64,000 nt of DNA, from assembly GCF_018350175.1 (NCBI RefSeq), contig NC_058368.1, positions 85,872,001 through 85,936,000 on the forward strand, in the 5' to 3' direction. The stretch comes from Felis catus (taxonomy: Eukaryota). This document shows positions 24,599-39,055 of the stretch, in pieces. Each line of letters begins with the position of its first letter. The stretch's first letter is position 1. The notes beneath the pieces are model-generated. The model had not been told where the DNA came from, did no database searches, and saw nothing but the letters and a program-made list of their open reading frames with translations. A program made the position numbers and the translations under genes.

Positions 24599-26875
24599 CA
24601 TGTTGGTGGCATAAATATTTACAACTGTGAGATCTACTTGTTGGATAGACCACGTCACTTTGATATAGTATCCTTTGTCATTTCTTGTTACTGTCTTTGG
24701 TTTAATGTCTACTCTGCCTGAGATAAGTATTGCTACTCTGGCTTTCTTTCCACAGGCATTGGCGTGATAAGTATTTATCCCTCTGTCCCTTCCCATTCAA
24801 TCTGCAGGCATTGTGAGGTCTTAAATGAGTCTCTTATAGACAGCATGTAGAAAGGTCTTGTTTTTTTTTTTCCTCTATTGTTTTTGTTTTTATTCTTTAC
24901 TGATACTATATGTCTTTTGATTGGAGCACATCCTACACTTACATTCAGAATAAATCTATATACAGGTATATACATGTATTTAGTGTCATTTTAATACTTG
25001 TTTTGTTGTCTCACCTGGATGTGTTCTCTTATCCTTTTTGTTTGTCACTTTTTTTCTTCCTTCCCACTTAAACAGTCCCCTTTAATATTGTGCACAGGGC
25101 TGGTGTAGTGGACATAAAGGTTCAGCTCCTTTAGTTTTTGTTTCTCTTGGAAAGTCTTTATCTGCTTCTGTTCTATATGATAACCTTGTTGTATAGAGTA
25201 TACTAGGTGATGAGTTTCCCCGTCAGGACATTGAATACACCATGGCTTACCAAGTTTCTGTCGAGAGATCTGCAGCCAACCTTGTGGTTCTTCCCTTGTA
25301 ATGTAGGCAATTCTTTTCTTTCTTGCTAATTGGATGTTTGTTCTTTGTCAGAATATTTTACACATTTAACTACAATATTTTGGGTTTAGGTCTGCTTTGG
25401 TGGATTTCTGTGGGAGTTTTCTGTGCCTCCTGGATTCGGATGGCTGTTTCACTCCCCAGATTTGGGAAGTGTTAGCCTATTATTTATGTAGACTACCCTT
25501 ATGTTCCCTTTTATGTCTCTTCTTCTGCAACTCTGGTGATACAAATTTAAGTTTCATAGATACACTGAGTTTCCTAAGTCTATTTTCAGGCTTCCCTGAA
25601 GACTTCTTTTATTTTTTCAAGCAGAGCAGGAATCTTATGATGGCTGCTTTAAATTCTCCATCTGGTATAGTACTTTTCTTGGTTTTACATAAACCTCTGG
25701 CTTTTATCTTATATTCTTTCATTTCAGAGGGTTCCTCAGTCCTGGCATTGTCTATACATCTTTCTGTCTTCTTATTGGTGTTCGGAAAGCCTGTTTCATT
25801 TCCTGCTCCTTAGAGTAGTTGCGTTATGAAGACGAGGTCAAATGGTGTCCAGGTCCTGATGCTTTAAAGAGTGTCTCTCGAGTGACCTACATACACTAGG
25901 CTCCTGTGTTTTGGCTGCACTGCCTTTCAGGCCAGGCATCTTCAAAGGTTGTCCTTGCCTGCTGGTGCAGTGCTTGAACCTTGGTGAGAGTGTGGCAAAT
26001 TTTATGTAGGTGTGCTCTGGTGTACAATTCAATGAGACTCATGTGGTTTCCACTAGGACTGAAGCCTTGCAGAACAAAGAGTTTGGGAGACGTGGTTGAC
26101 AGCATTTCTGCTCATCACCTGAGGAAGAAGACTGCCTGGCTGGGACTGAGACACACTTGACAGAGAAGGGGAATAGTCATTGAACACAGGGCTGTGGACT
26201 TGCTGTAAGCAGGAGAGGCAGCCAGTCTCAGCACTGTGTACTTCCTAAACATCCTTCTCTGTCTTTTCTGAAAGTATGGGGGAGTGTAGTGTCACCAACC
26301 AACTTCTTTGTCTCCAGTTGAGGGGTTATTGCATCTTTTGAGAAGCACTCTCAGAGGAGCATTGAAAGTCCCCCTTTGTGCCTCCAGTGTTGGTGTGTTT
26401 CAGATCCTCATCTTCATGCTGTCTGTGTCTAAGTTGTTTGCCTGACTTTCAGCCAGGAGCATTGCAGTGCCTGCTGGCCTCCATCCCAGCCAGGCACGCT
26501 GATCTTTAAACCTCCAGACTTTAAGCCCTGTTCATCAAAAGGCCTCAAGGAAATCAACCCCTCTGCTTGTCCCAGCCAATGGCTTTTAAGAAGTGTCCAT
26601 CTCATTCATTCCACTGTGTACTCCTAGAACTTTTTGTGTTTCTCTGCAACCAAGATCGTCTCCCCTCCATAGCACCTAGGAAACATGTGGCCCCAAACCA
26701 CATCTCTGCATTTCCTACTATCCTTGATGTGTCCTCTTTCCTCCCTCAAGGATGAGCTTGTTTTATCAGTACTCAAGATTAATTCTTGGGTACTGAGAAT
26801 GATTTGACAGTTTTCTAGTGTGTTTGAGGAAGGAGAAAAACCTAGGGTCCTCCTACTATGCAACCACCTCAGCTC
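24599..26875 (-). mobile_element. 5' part of an older LINE-1 (5' UTR, deleted ORF1, ORF2 start), unit 1
   Basis: Second copy of the endonuclease N-terminus (KKARVAILISGRVDIK...VNIYATN), a second ORF1 end, and a 5' UTR-like terminus gggtcctcctact. Confidence 0.8.
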
Positions 26876-26989
26876 TGAAGCAGTTGACCTTGACAAGGAG
26901 GGAAAAGTTCGTTATCAGCTTCTTGGATTTATAGCATAATATTCCATAGTATAATATTCTTGTGTTGTATAAATAGGGTAATAGTATAA

Positions 26990-27660
26990 TCTGTCATAGT
27001 AGAACATAAAGCTATGGCAAGGAAATGGTACTTTTACTGGGACTAAAGTAGACAGAGGGATCAATACAAGAGAAATGAAACTGCAAAAAGAGTTCCACAT
27101 TTGTACGGTGAATAAATCAATGACAAAGGAAGCAAGAAAATGTAATGGGAAAAATGCCCCTTCATTAAATGATGTTGAGAACACTGGTCACAGATATTTA
27201 CAAAATATTGATATTTGACCACTTTCCCACCATATGCTATAGTAAACTCATAATGGGTGAAAACATAAATCTAAGATATGAAGTATAAAACCTTTAAATA
27301 AAACCTAAGAAGTAAGTTCTTTGGCAACCTCCTGAGCAATATTTACTTGAAACTGGTTCCTCAGACAAGGATAGAAAAAACAGTAACAAATTATTCGGAC
27401 TATCTCAAAATAAAGGCTTTTTTCTTTCCCCCAAGCAAAGAACACCATTAAAAAATGAAAACCTAGTGACAGGGAATAGAAAATTGCAATCATAAATGTG
27501 TTAAGGGACTAACATCCAAAAAATATAGTCAAATCATTCAATTCAATATCAAAACCTCAAACAGCCCAACTTAAAAATGTAGAAAATCTAGGATTAGATT
27601 TTTCAAGAAAATAAATAAATAAACATACATATGGCCCACAGTCCCATGAAAATATTTTAA
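26990..27660 (+). mobile_element. Old LINE-1 ORF2 3' fragment spanning the unit boundary (recurs each unit; only its distal part at 15225-15490)
   Basis: Degenerate L1 ORF2 sequence (cttcattaaatgatgttgagaacactgg; aacagcccaacttaaaaatg). Confidence 0.7.
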
Positions 27661-27718
27661 CCTGTAGAAATTTTAGTTTGACTCTGTAACTTATTTGTGT
27701 TTTTTTTTCTTCTTAAAG

Positions 27719-27739
27719 GTAAACTCCAGGAAAAATATG
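27719..27739 (+). CDS. Heptad micro-exon A2, (G)KLQEKY
   Basis: tcttaaag|GTAAACTCCAGGAAAAATATG|gtaagt. Confidence 0.72.
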
Positions 27740-29447
27740 GTAAGTCATTTATTACCTCCTTATATTTATCAGATTTAGCACAGTACCTAGAGCTCAGGGG
27801 TTTCTTCTTTTTTAAGCATAAATTTCCAAGGAAAACAGTCAGTAAAAATAGAAGGAAATAAATACCAATTAGGAATCTGGCATTGTGTATTCCCTTCCCC
27901 TTTGTCTTCATTAGCTTGTTCAAGTGTCCATGACCTCTGTTGGGTCATTGTGCTTATAAACCCTTGAGGTTTGCCAAGGTATCTTTGATTCTACAGAGAG
28001 GACACGCTGGTTAATACCTGGGCAAAGTAGAAAAGCAAGGTCTGCAGCAAACCCACCAGGAATCCTGAACAAGCACATGGCACTACATTTCAAAGCAGAG
28101 CACAGCCTGGTCCATAATCCAATTGTCTACTAAAGTTAGCTATTCTCACTTTGTGTTGGTTAGATTGCAGTGTCCCTCTTACTTGCTAATCTGCTTTCAC
28201 TGGAATTGAGAAAAGGGAGCTTGTGTCAAATGCACCTGTGGAACCTTTTTTCTCTTCTGCATTTTCAAAACATCCTCATGTATTGAGGATTCTTTCTAGC
28301 CTCCTGACCCCCTCACATTTTAAAATCTTTTCTCATGTGCTGCAGATGAGTTTCCAAGGTATGAATTGGTGTTTGTATTACCGTCAGTGTATGCCCCCTT
28401 TAAAGTGTCAGGGAAAAAAGTTCGTCTCTCTATGCAAAGAATTCTTCTTGGCATGAGCGATGAAGACTGAGTCACTGTTTCAGGTTATTCCTGACTCTGG
28501 ATATATTCCGCACCCAAAGGCTCATGGATCCTGTCCCAGTCTCTTGAGGCACAGATCCCATGTGTAATCTCGATGAACTTTTTTGGGGGAATAGCCTATC
28601 ATGAGCTCCACACAATCAACAGGTGGAGGGGCATGGACTGATTTATTTCTTATACACAAGACCTGCTTCTTTTCCCCTCTTCTCTAGCTCTTATTTTCAC
28701 CTATTGCTAAATATCATACCAAGTCAGGCAAGAAAGACTTGAGTAAAATCTGTTTCTTTAGAAATTCTTCCATACATGCTTTATTGAATGCATTATTATT
28801 TATCTTGGTTTTACACAGAACTCTTATTTAAACAGAAAGGAGAGTAGTTTTTGTTTCCATTTAGAGGCAAACATCATAGAAAAATATACTCGATCAACTA
28901 AAATTTAGCAAACGATTTCCACATCATAAACATTTTGTTCAACTGGCCTACTTCTATAAGATTAGCTACCAGTTGAAACTATGTTGTGTTTGGTAACACT
29001 ATAAATTATAGGCTGTGAAACCAATTGTCATTTAAACAAAGTCACACTGTGGCATCTTTGTTGGAAGATTTCACCTGTGTTTAAATATTTGTTTTTAAGG
29101 TCCCAGGAAAGTATTGAGATATTCCTTTATGATGTTTTCTACTATGACTTCTATAATGCATGTCCATATCTCAATTTTGAACTTCTCCTGGGTTTCTGCT
29201 AATTCTTGACTTCTTTGTTATTAAATAGTTATTAATGATAACTTGTACATTCTATGGTAAGATGACAACCAAAATATCACAGTCTAGTTTTGGTTCGTTG
29301 AAAGTCTTTACATTTTTCTGCATTATATGTCAAACTGTTAAATATGATTTGCATAAGCTTTGATATTCTGTATCCATATTTTATGTTTTTGTTTTGATTT
29401 TTGATTTTTTTTTTACCTTTTGACCTTGTTACTTAAGAGAGCGTTAG

Positions 29448-29676
29448 TTTTTTTTTTCTTTTTAAGATTTTTTAACGTTTATTTATTTTTGAGACAGAGA
29501 GAGACAGAGCATGAACGGGGGAGGGTCAGAGAGAGAGGGAGACACAGAATCTGAAACAGGCTCCAGGCTCTGAGCGGTCAGCACAGAGCCCGATGCGGGG
29601 CTCGAACTCATGGACCGCGAGATCATGACCTGAGCTGAAGTCGGACGCTTAACCGACTGAGCCACCCAGGCGCCCC
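29448..29676 (-). mobile_element. Young CAN-SINE, unit 2
   Basis: Copy of 17275-17503. Confidence 0.9.
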
Positions 29677-31703
29677 AATTTTTTAATATTCATTTAATTT
29701 CATTTGAGAGAAATCATAAGAGAGAAGGGGAGGGGCAGAGAAAGAGGGATAGAACGGATCTCAAGCAGGCTCTGTGCTGTGAGTGCAGAGCTATGGGAAC
29801 TCTAACTCACAGACCGTGAGATCATGTCCTGAGCTGAAGTCCAGAGTCAGATGCTCAAGTGACTGAGCTGCCAAGGTGCCCTAGGCGCATGCTTCTTAGT
29901 GATTTTATCTCTGTGTCTTTGTACTTGTTTTTCTCTATTCCTGAAATACTTTATTTCTGTGCTCATGTCACAATTAACTCTGCTTTCCCTGTGGGAACTT
30001 GGTGAACGATCACGACCACAGAGAGGGATCTGAGTACTTTATGGAATCCCACAGCCATGAGATCTCTCGTTACTGCTTTACATGGTGCTTTGTGCAGGTG
30101 ACAGGTCAGAGTTCTGTGTCCTCCTTTACTGAGAGAGCCTGATCCCTGCAGAGCTAAGGGCGGCCAGTCCACAAATATCTGTTGAGTGGAAGAAATGATT
30201 TTTATTCATATTTTTTTGTCATTTTCTGTTTGTTTTCCTCCTTGTTTATCTATATTATATAAGAAAAGAGAACAAGAGTTCTATTGCTATCCTGTTCGAT
30301 GGCTTAAAGATCACATAATACCTAACTTGTACAGAATCACTTAGGTGAAAATTAATCTCTTACATTGACTTCTTCTCATATTTTTCTGAACCTCATGTCT
30401 TTGGACATACACCTCTGGACCAGGTGAAGCAAAGTGAAGAATCCTGTCCTGGAGCTGCCAGTAATGGGCTTGCCCAGGAGACTTCCAGTTAGGCTCTACG
30501 TGACATCAAGACAACCATGTGGAGGGTGGATTTCTTATCCCATGCAAGGATACAAATGGGGGTGGGAGTTGGGAGGAGGTACTGTCCAGGAAACATACTA
30601 TATTATTGCTTACTTAAGACACTTCTCGGGGCGCCTGGGTGGCTCAAGTCCCTTGGGCATCTGACATCGACTCAGGTCCTGATCACAGGGTTTGTGAGTG
30701 GGAGCCCTGATTCAGGCTCTGTGCTGACAGGTTGGAGACTGTAGCCTGCTTCAGATTCTGTGTCCCTCTCCCTCTGCCCTTTCCTCGCTTGCACTCTCTC
30801 CTCTGCCTCTCTCTCTCCAAAATAAATAAACCTTTTTCTTTTTAAATAATGTAACTTCTCAAAACAGGCCTAGGGAAATCATTTGCTGACTCCTTGAAAT
30901 ACCAAAAAAAAAAAAAAAGTTACTGTTTTGTGTTTGAGGGTAAAATCCATGAGGCATTCCATTTCACCCTATGTCTGCTGCCATGTAGAGTTTATTCTGG
31001 AGGACAAATCAGCATAAGTTCAGATTAATTTAAGATACAGTTGGGAGGTTTCCACAACTGATGACTAAACAGCCTATGGTTAGGACATTTTAAGGTGTGT
31101 ATCAGGAAACCACCTACCTGTTGCTCAAACTCCAAAACATATGTATTGAATTTTTTTGGTTGTTCACATTAAGGATTCATTACTTGAGCTGAGTATGGTA
31201 AAGATACCACCTTCTCAATGCAAGGTCGGTAAAACATACTGTCATTCTGAGAAAATCCTCTGTTCTCAGTATTTTTTTTTTCCTTTTCCTTTTCTACTTA
31301 TCAGTTTCCAGATATTATAAATGATCTTGTGCGAAAATAAGGTACTCAAGGACAGTTTCAGACTACCTTCTTATCTTGGAAATAATGGGTAAAATTTGTG
31401 GGTATTTGCACCTATTTTCCCTAATTTTTGGACCTCACCCAAAAGAGACCTTTTGTAATATTCTGTTTTATGTCTATATAAACACATATAAAAGCCAGAT
31501 AGCTTTTTAGATTGTGTTATTTATTATTATTATTAATATTCAGTACATAAATTGCTCTTTCTATGTCAGAGAAATATACTGGATCGTCAGCTTTCTGGGT
31601 CTCAGTTTTCAAATGAGAACCAAGTTCCAGGACAGATTTTCCATTGACAGTGATAGGAGGACACTTTCTAACAGACTTTTGTTTTGTTTGTTTCTTTATA
31701 TAG

Positions 31704-31724
31704 CAAAACTAGAAGAAGAGAACG
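31704..31724 (+). CDS. Heptad micro-exon F2, (A)KLEEEN
   Basis: tatatag|CAAAACTAGAAGAAGAGAACG|gtacgt. Confidence 0.65.
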
Positions 31725-32244
31725 GTACGTCCTATTTAGTTTTCAACATTCCACCCTTGATGTTCTTTCATTTTAATAAAACAACAAAATACAGACATTG
31801 CATTTATGACCCAAACGCGTTTAGAAGCAGGTAATGTATCCTTCTGCTATTTTTTAAAACGTAACCTAAGTATTCCTAAGACAAGGAATGATGTAGGCCT
31901 AAATGGAGAAGAATGCGATGCATCATGTGGTGAGTTCAGGGCTGGGACTCAGGTGTTAAATCTGCCCCATTCAGTGAGGGCGGTCATCCTTTCTGCATAT
32001 AGTAATTAGCTACCTATTTCATACTCAGTTCTTAAGAAACACTGAGGGAAAAAGACTCTCTTTGCTATGCAACTTGCTACCTTACGACAGATGCAAATTC
32101 CACATTCAAATAATAAAAGTAAAACAAATATGGAATATGTTATAGAAAAGGATTCTTGATGCTATGAAGACATAAAATAGAGTGGACTTATTCATGGGAT
32201 TGTGGATTTGCTGAAAAGCAGCAATGAAGATGAGGCAAGTGGTA

Positions 32245-35200
32245 TTTCTTTAATATGAAATTTATTATCAAATTGGTTCCCATACAACACCCAGTGTTCA
32301 TCCCAACAAGTACCCTCCTCAATGCCCATCACCCAATTTCACCGCCCTCCAACCCCCCATCAACCCTCAGTTTATCCTCAGTTTTTAACAGCCTCTTATG
32401 GCTTGCCTTCCTCCCTTTCTAACTTTTTTCCCCTTCCCCTCACCCCCCCCCCAATAGTCTTCTGTTACGTATCTCAGGAACCACATAAGAGTGAAAACAT
32501 ATGGCATCTGTCTTTCTCTGTATGACTTATTTCACTTAGCCTAACAGTATCCAGTTCCATCCACATTGCTAAAAAAGGCCATATTTCATTCCTTCTCATT
32601 GCCACGTAGTATTCCATTGTATATAGAAACCACAACTTCTTTATCCATTCATCAGTTGATGGACGTTTAGTCTCTTTCCATAATTTGGCTATTGTTGAAA
32701 GTGATGCTATAAACATGGGGGTAGAAGTGTCCCTATGCATCAGCACCCCTGTGTCCCTTGGATAAATTTCTAGGAATGCTATTGCTGGGTATAGAGTAGA
32801 TCTATTTTTAATGTTTTGAGGAACCTCCACACTGTTTTCCAGAGAGGTTGTACCAGTTTGCATTTCCACCAACAGGGCAAGAGGGTCCCCGTTTCTCCAC
32901 ATCCTCTCCAGCATCTATAGTCTCCTGATTTGTTCATTTAGGCCACTCTGGCAGGCATGAGGTGATATCTCACTGTAGTTTTGATTTGTATTTAAATGAT
33001 GATTACTGACTTTGAGCATCTTTTCATGTGTCTGATGGCCACCTAGATGTCTTCTTTAGAAAAGTGTCTAATCATGTCTTCTGTCTATTTCCTCACTGGA
33101 TTATTTGCTTCTCAGGTGTGGAATTTGGTGAGTTTTTTTTTTTTTTTTTAATATAGATTTTAGATACTAGCCCTTTATCCTATAAGTCATTTGCAAATAT
33201 CTTTTTCCCACTCCATAGGTTGCCCTTTGTGGTTTTGATTTGTATTTCCCTGATGAGGAGTGACATTGAGCATCTTTTCATGTGCCTGTTGGCCATCTGG
33301 ATGTCTCTTTTAGAGAAGTGTCTATTAATGTCTTCTTCCCATTTCTTCACTGGATTATTTGTTTTTCGGGTGTGGAGTATGGTGAGTTCTTTATAGATAT
33401 TGGAGACTAGCCCTTTGTCCGATGTGTCATTTGGAAATATCTTTTCCCGTTCCGTTGGTTGCCTTTTAGTTTTGCTGATTGTCTCCTTTGCAGTGCAGAA
33501 GGTATTCGTCTTCCTGAGGTCCCAATAGTCATTTTTTTTGCTTTTAATTCCCTTGCCTTTGGAGATGTGTCAAGTAAGAAATTGTTGAGGCTGAGGTCGG
33601 AGAAGCTTTTTCCTGCTTTCTCCTCTAGGGGTTTGATGGTTCCCTGCTGAACATTCAGGTCCTTCATCCATTTTCAATTTATTATTGTGAATAGTGTAAG
33701 AAAGTGTTCAGTTTCATCCTTCTGTATGTTGCTGTCCAGTTTTCCCAACACCATTTGTTAAAGAGACTGCCTTTCTTTAATTGGAGATTCCTTCCTGCTT
33801 TGTCAAAGATTAGTTGGCCATACTTTTGTGGGTCCAATTCTGGAGTCTCTAATATATTCCATTGGTGTATGTGTCTGTTATTGTGCCAATACCATGCTGT
33901 CTTGATGATTACAGCTTTGCATTGGAGGCTAAAGTCTGGGATTGTGATGCCTCCCACTTTGGTCTGCTTCTTAAATATTACTTAGGTTATTCCAGGTCTC
34001 TTGTGGTTCCCTACAAATTTTAGGATTCCTTGTTCTAGCTTAGAGAACAATGTTGGCGTAATTTTCATTGGGATTTCATTGAATGTGTGGATTGATTTGG
34101 GTAGTATCGACATTTTAACAATATTTATTCTTCCAATCCATGAACACGGAATGTTTTTCCATTTCTTTGTATATTCTTCAATTTCCTTCAAGAGCTTTCT
34201 ACACTTTTCAGCATACAGACCTTTCACATTTTTTGGTGAGGTTTATTCCTAGGTATTTTACGATTCTTGTAATTTTGAATGGGATAAGTTTCATTCTTTG
34301 TCTTTCCGTTACTTCATTTTTAATGTATAATAATGCAACTTATTTCTGTACATTGATTTTTTTTATCCTGCGACTTTGCTGAATTAATGTATCAGTTCTA
34401 GCAGGCTTTTGGTGGAGTCTATTAGGTTTTCCATGTCATCTGCAAAAAGTGAAAGCGTGACTTCATCTTTGCCTTTTTTTATGACTTTGATTCCTTTTGT
34501 TGTCTGATTGCTGATGCTGGAACTTCCAACACCATATTAAACAAGAGCGGTGAGAGTAGATATCCCTGACGTGTTCCTGATCTCAGGGAGGAAGCTCTCA
34601 GTTTTCCCCCATTGAGGATGTTATTAGCTCTGGGTTTTTGGTAATTGCCTTTTATGATGTTTAAGTATGTTCCTTCTATCCGACTTTCTCGAGGGTTTTT
34701 ATTAAGAAAGGATGCTGAATTTTGTCAAATGCTTTTTCTGCATCGATTGACAGGATCATATGGTTCTTTTCTTTTCATTTATTAATGTGATGTATCACAT
34801 TGATTGATTTGAGAATGTTGAGCCAGCCCTGCAGTCCAGGAATGAATCCCACTTGATCGTGGTGGATAATATTTTTTATATGCTGTTGAATTTGGTTTGC
34901 TAGTATCTTGTTGAGAATTTTTGCATGCATATTCAATAGGAATTTTGGCCTCTAGTTCTCTTTTATTGCTGGGTCTCAGTCTGTCTTGGGGATCAAAGTA
35001 ATGCTGGCTTCATAGAATGAGTCTGGAAGTTTTCCTTCTCTTTCTATATTTTTGAAAATCTTGAGAAGGATAGGTATTATCTCTACGTTAAATGACTTGT
35101 AGAATTCCCCAGGGAAGACTTCTGGCCCTGGACTCTTATTTGTTGGGAGATTTTAGATAACTGATTCAATTTATTCGCTGGTTATGGGTCTTTTCAAGTT

Positions 35201-38200
35201 TTCTAGTTCGTCCTGTTTGAGTTTGGGAAGTGTGTGGGTGCGTAGGAATGTGTCCGTTTCTTCCAGCTTGTCCAGTTTGTTGGCATATAGTTTTTTTGTA
35301 GTATTCCCTGATAATTGCTTGTATTTCTGAGGGATTGGTTATAATAGTTCAATTTTAATTAATGATTTTATCTATTTGGGTCTTCTCCCTTTTCTTTTTG
35401 AGATGTGTGGCTAGAGGTTTATCAATTGTTCATTTTTCAGAAAATATACTCTTGGTTTCATTGATCTACTACAGTTTTTTTTTTTTTTTTTAGATTCTAT
35501 ATAGTTTATTTCTGCTGTGATTTTTATTTCTCTTCTTCTTCTGGGTTTGGGTGTCTTTGCTGTTCTGCTTCTATTTCCTTTAGGTCTGCTGTTAGATTTT
35601 GTATGTGGGATTTTTCTTGTTTCTTGGGAAAGGCCTGGATTGCAATGTGTTTTCCTATCAGGACTGCCTCTGCTGTATCCCAAAAACTGTTGGATTGTTG
35701 TATTTTCATTTTAATTTGTTTCCATACATTTTTAATTTCTTCTCTAATTGCCTGGTTGACACATTCATTCTTTAGTAGGGTGTTCTTTAACCACCATGAT
35801 TTTAGAGGTTTTCCAGGCTTTTTCCTGTAGTTGATTTCAAGTTTCATAGCATTGTCCTCTGAAAGTGTGCATGATATGTTCTCAATTCTTTATACTTATT
35901 AAGGGCTGATTTGTGTCCCGGTATGTGATCTATCTTGGAAAATGTTCCATGTGCACTGGAGAAGAAAGTATATTTTGTCACTTTGGGATGCAGAGTTCTA
36001 AATATATCTGCCAAGTCCATCTGACCCAATGTATCATTCAGGGCTCTTGTTTCTTTGTTGATCCTGGTAGAGATGATCTATTCATTGTTGTATGTGGGGT
36101 ATTAAAGACCCTGCAGTTACCACATTCTTATCATTAAAGTTGCTTATGTTTGTGATTAATTGTTTTATATATTTGGGGGTTTCTGTATTCGGCGCATAGA
36201 CATTTATGATTGTTAGCTCTTCCTGATGGATAGACTCTGTAATAATTATATAATGACCTTCTTCATTTCTTGTTACAGCCTTTAATTTAAAGTCTAGTTT
36301 GTCTGATATAATTATGGCTACTCCAGCTTTCTTTTGACTTCCAGGGGCATGATAAATAGTTCTCCATCACCCACTTTCAATCTGAAAGCGTTCCCAGGTC
36401 TGAAATGAGTCTCTTATGGACAACAAATAGATGAGTCTTGTTTTTTATCCATTCTGACACCCTATGACTTTTGACTGGAGCATTCATTCCATTTACATTA
36501 AGTGTTATTATTCAGTGTTAAAGATATGGGTTTGGAGTCATTGTGATGTCTGTAGGTTTCATGCTTGCAGTGATGTCTCTGGTACCGTGTGGTGCTTACA
36601 ACATTTCACTCACAGAGTCCCCCTTAGAATCTCTTGTAGGGCTGGTTTAGTGTGATGAATTCTTTCAGTTTTTGTTTGTTTGGGAAAACCTTTATCTCTC
36701 CTATTCTGAATGACAGCCTTGTTGAATAAAGGATTCTGGGCTGCATTTTTTTTTTCCCTACTGATCACATTGTAGAATTCATGTTGGTGGCATAAATATT
36801 TACAACTGTGAGATCTACTTGTTGGATAGACCACGTCACTTTGATATAGTATCCTTTGTCATTTCTTGTTACTGTCTTTGGTTTAATGTCTACTCTGCCT
36901 GAGATAAGTATTGCTACTCTGGCTTTCTTTCCACAGGCATTGGCGTGATAAGTATTTATCCCTCTGTCCCTTCCCATTCAATCTGCAGGCATTGTGAGGT
37001 CTTAAATGAGTCTCTTATAGACAGCATGTAGAAAGGTCTTGTTTTTTTTTTCCTCTATTGTTTTTGTTTTTATTCTTTACTGATACTATATGTCTTTTGA
37101 TTGGAGCACATCCTACACTTACATTCAGAATAAATCTATATACAGGTATATACATGTATTTAGTGTCATTTTAATACTTGTTTTGTTGTCTCACCTGGAT
37201 GTGTTCTCTTATCCTTTTTGTTTGTCACTTTTTTTCTTCCTTCCCACTTAAACAGTCCCCTTTAATATTGTGCACAGGGCTGGTGTAGTGGACATAAAGG
37301 TTCAGCTCCTTTAGTTTTTGTTTCTCTTGGAAAGTCTTTATCTGCTTCTGTTCTATATGATAACCTTGTTGTATAGAGTATACTAGGTGATGAGTTTCCC
37401 CGTCAGGACATTGAATACACCATGGCTTACCAAGTTTCTGTCGAGAGATCTGCAGCCAACCTTGTGGTTCTTCCCTTGTAATGTAGGCAATTCTTTTCTT
37501 TCTTGCTAATTGGATGTTTGTTCTTTGTCAGAATATTTTACACATTTAACTACAATATTTTGGGTTTAGGTCTGCTTTGGTGGATTTCTGTGGGAGTTTT
37601 CTGTGCCTCCTGGATTCGGATGGCTGTTTCACTCCCCAGATTTGGGAAGTGTTAGCCTATTATTTATGTAGACTACCCTTATGTTCCCTTTTATGTCTCT
37701 TCTTCTGCAACTCTGGTGATACAAATTTAAGTTTCATAGATACACTGAGTTTCCTAAGTCTATTTTCAGGCTTCCCTGAAGACTTCTTTTATTTTTTCAA
37801 GCAGAGCAGGAATCTTATGATGGCTGCTTTAAATTCTCCATCTGGTATAGTACTTTTCTTGGTTTTACATAAACCTCTGGCTTTTATCTTATATTCTTTC
37901 ATTTCAGAGGGTTCCTCAGTCCTGGCATTGTCTATACATCTTTCTGTCTTCTTATTGGTGTTCGGAAAGCCTGTTTCATTTCCTGCTCCTTAGAGTAGTT
38001 GCGTTATGAAGACGAGGTCAAATGGTGTCCAGGTCCTGATGCTTTAAAGAGTGTCTCTCGAGTGACCTACATACACTAGGCTCCTGTGTTTTGGCTGCAC
38101 TGCCTTTCAGGCCAGGCATCTTCAAAGGTTGTCCTTGCCTGCTGGTGCAGTGCTTGAACCTTGGTGAGAGTGTGGCAAATTTTATGTAGGTGTGCTCTGG

Positions 38201-39055
38201 TGTACAATTCAATGAGACTCATGTGGTTTCCACTAGGACTGAAGCCTTGCAGAACAAAGAGTTTGGGAGACGTGGTTGACAGCATTTCTGCTCATCACCT
38301 GAGGAAGAAGACTGCCTGGCTGGGACTGAGACACACTTGACAGAGAAGGGGAATAGTCATTGAACACAGGGCTGTGGACTTGCTGTAAGCAGGAGAGGCA
38401 GCCAGTCTCAGCACTGTGTACTTCCTAAACATCCTTCTCTGTCTTTTCTGAAAGTATGGGGGAGTGTAGTGTCACCAACCAACTTCTTTGTCTCCAGTTG
38501 AGGGGTTATTGCATCTTTTGAGAAGCACTCTCAGAGGAGCATTGAAAGTCCCCCTTTGTGCCTCCAGTGTTGGTGTGTTTCAGATCCTCATCTTCATGCT
38601 GTCTGTGTCTAAGTTGTTTGCCTGACTTTCAGCCAGGAGCATTGCAGTGCCTGCTGGCCTCCATCCCAGCCAGGCACGCTGATCTTTAAACCTCCAGACT
38701 TTAAGCCCTGTTCATCAAAAGGCCTCAAGGAAATCAACCCCTCTGCTTGTCCCAGCCAATGGCTTTTAAGAAGTGTCCATCTCATTCATTCCACTGTGTA
38801 CTCCTAGAACTTTTTGTGTTTCTCTGCAACCAAGATCGTCTCCCCTCCATAGCACCTAGGAAACATGTGGCCCCAAACCACATCTCTGCATTTCCTACTA
38901 TCCTTGATGTGTCCTCTTTCCTCCCTCAAGGATGAGCTTGTTTTATCAGTACTCAAGATTAATTCTTGGGTACTGAGAATGATTTGACAGTTTTCTAGTG
39001 TGTTTGAGGAAGGAGAAAAACCTAGGGTCCTCCTACTATGCAACCACCTCAGCTC
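32245..39055 (-). mobile_element. Composite LINE-1 (younger 3' part to ~36779, older 5' part beyond), unit 2
   Basis: Copy of 20065-26875. Confidence 0.9.

Larger units (their letters stand above)
15225..27396 (+). repeat. Array unit 1 (edge copy, slightly diverged)
   Basis: 12172 bp between recurrences of the anchor motif; scattered substitutions relative to units 2-4. Confidence 0.95.

Noticed and set aside
25397..25813. 138-aa hydrophobic + strand ORF
   Set aside because: Antisense reading of decayed L1 ORF1.
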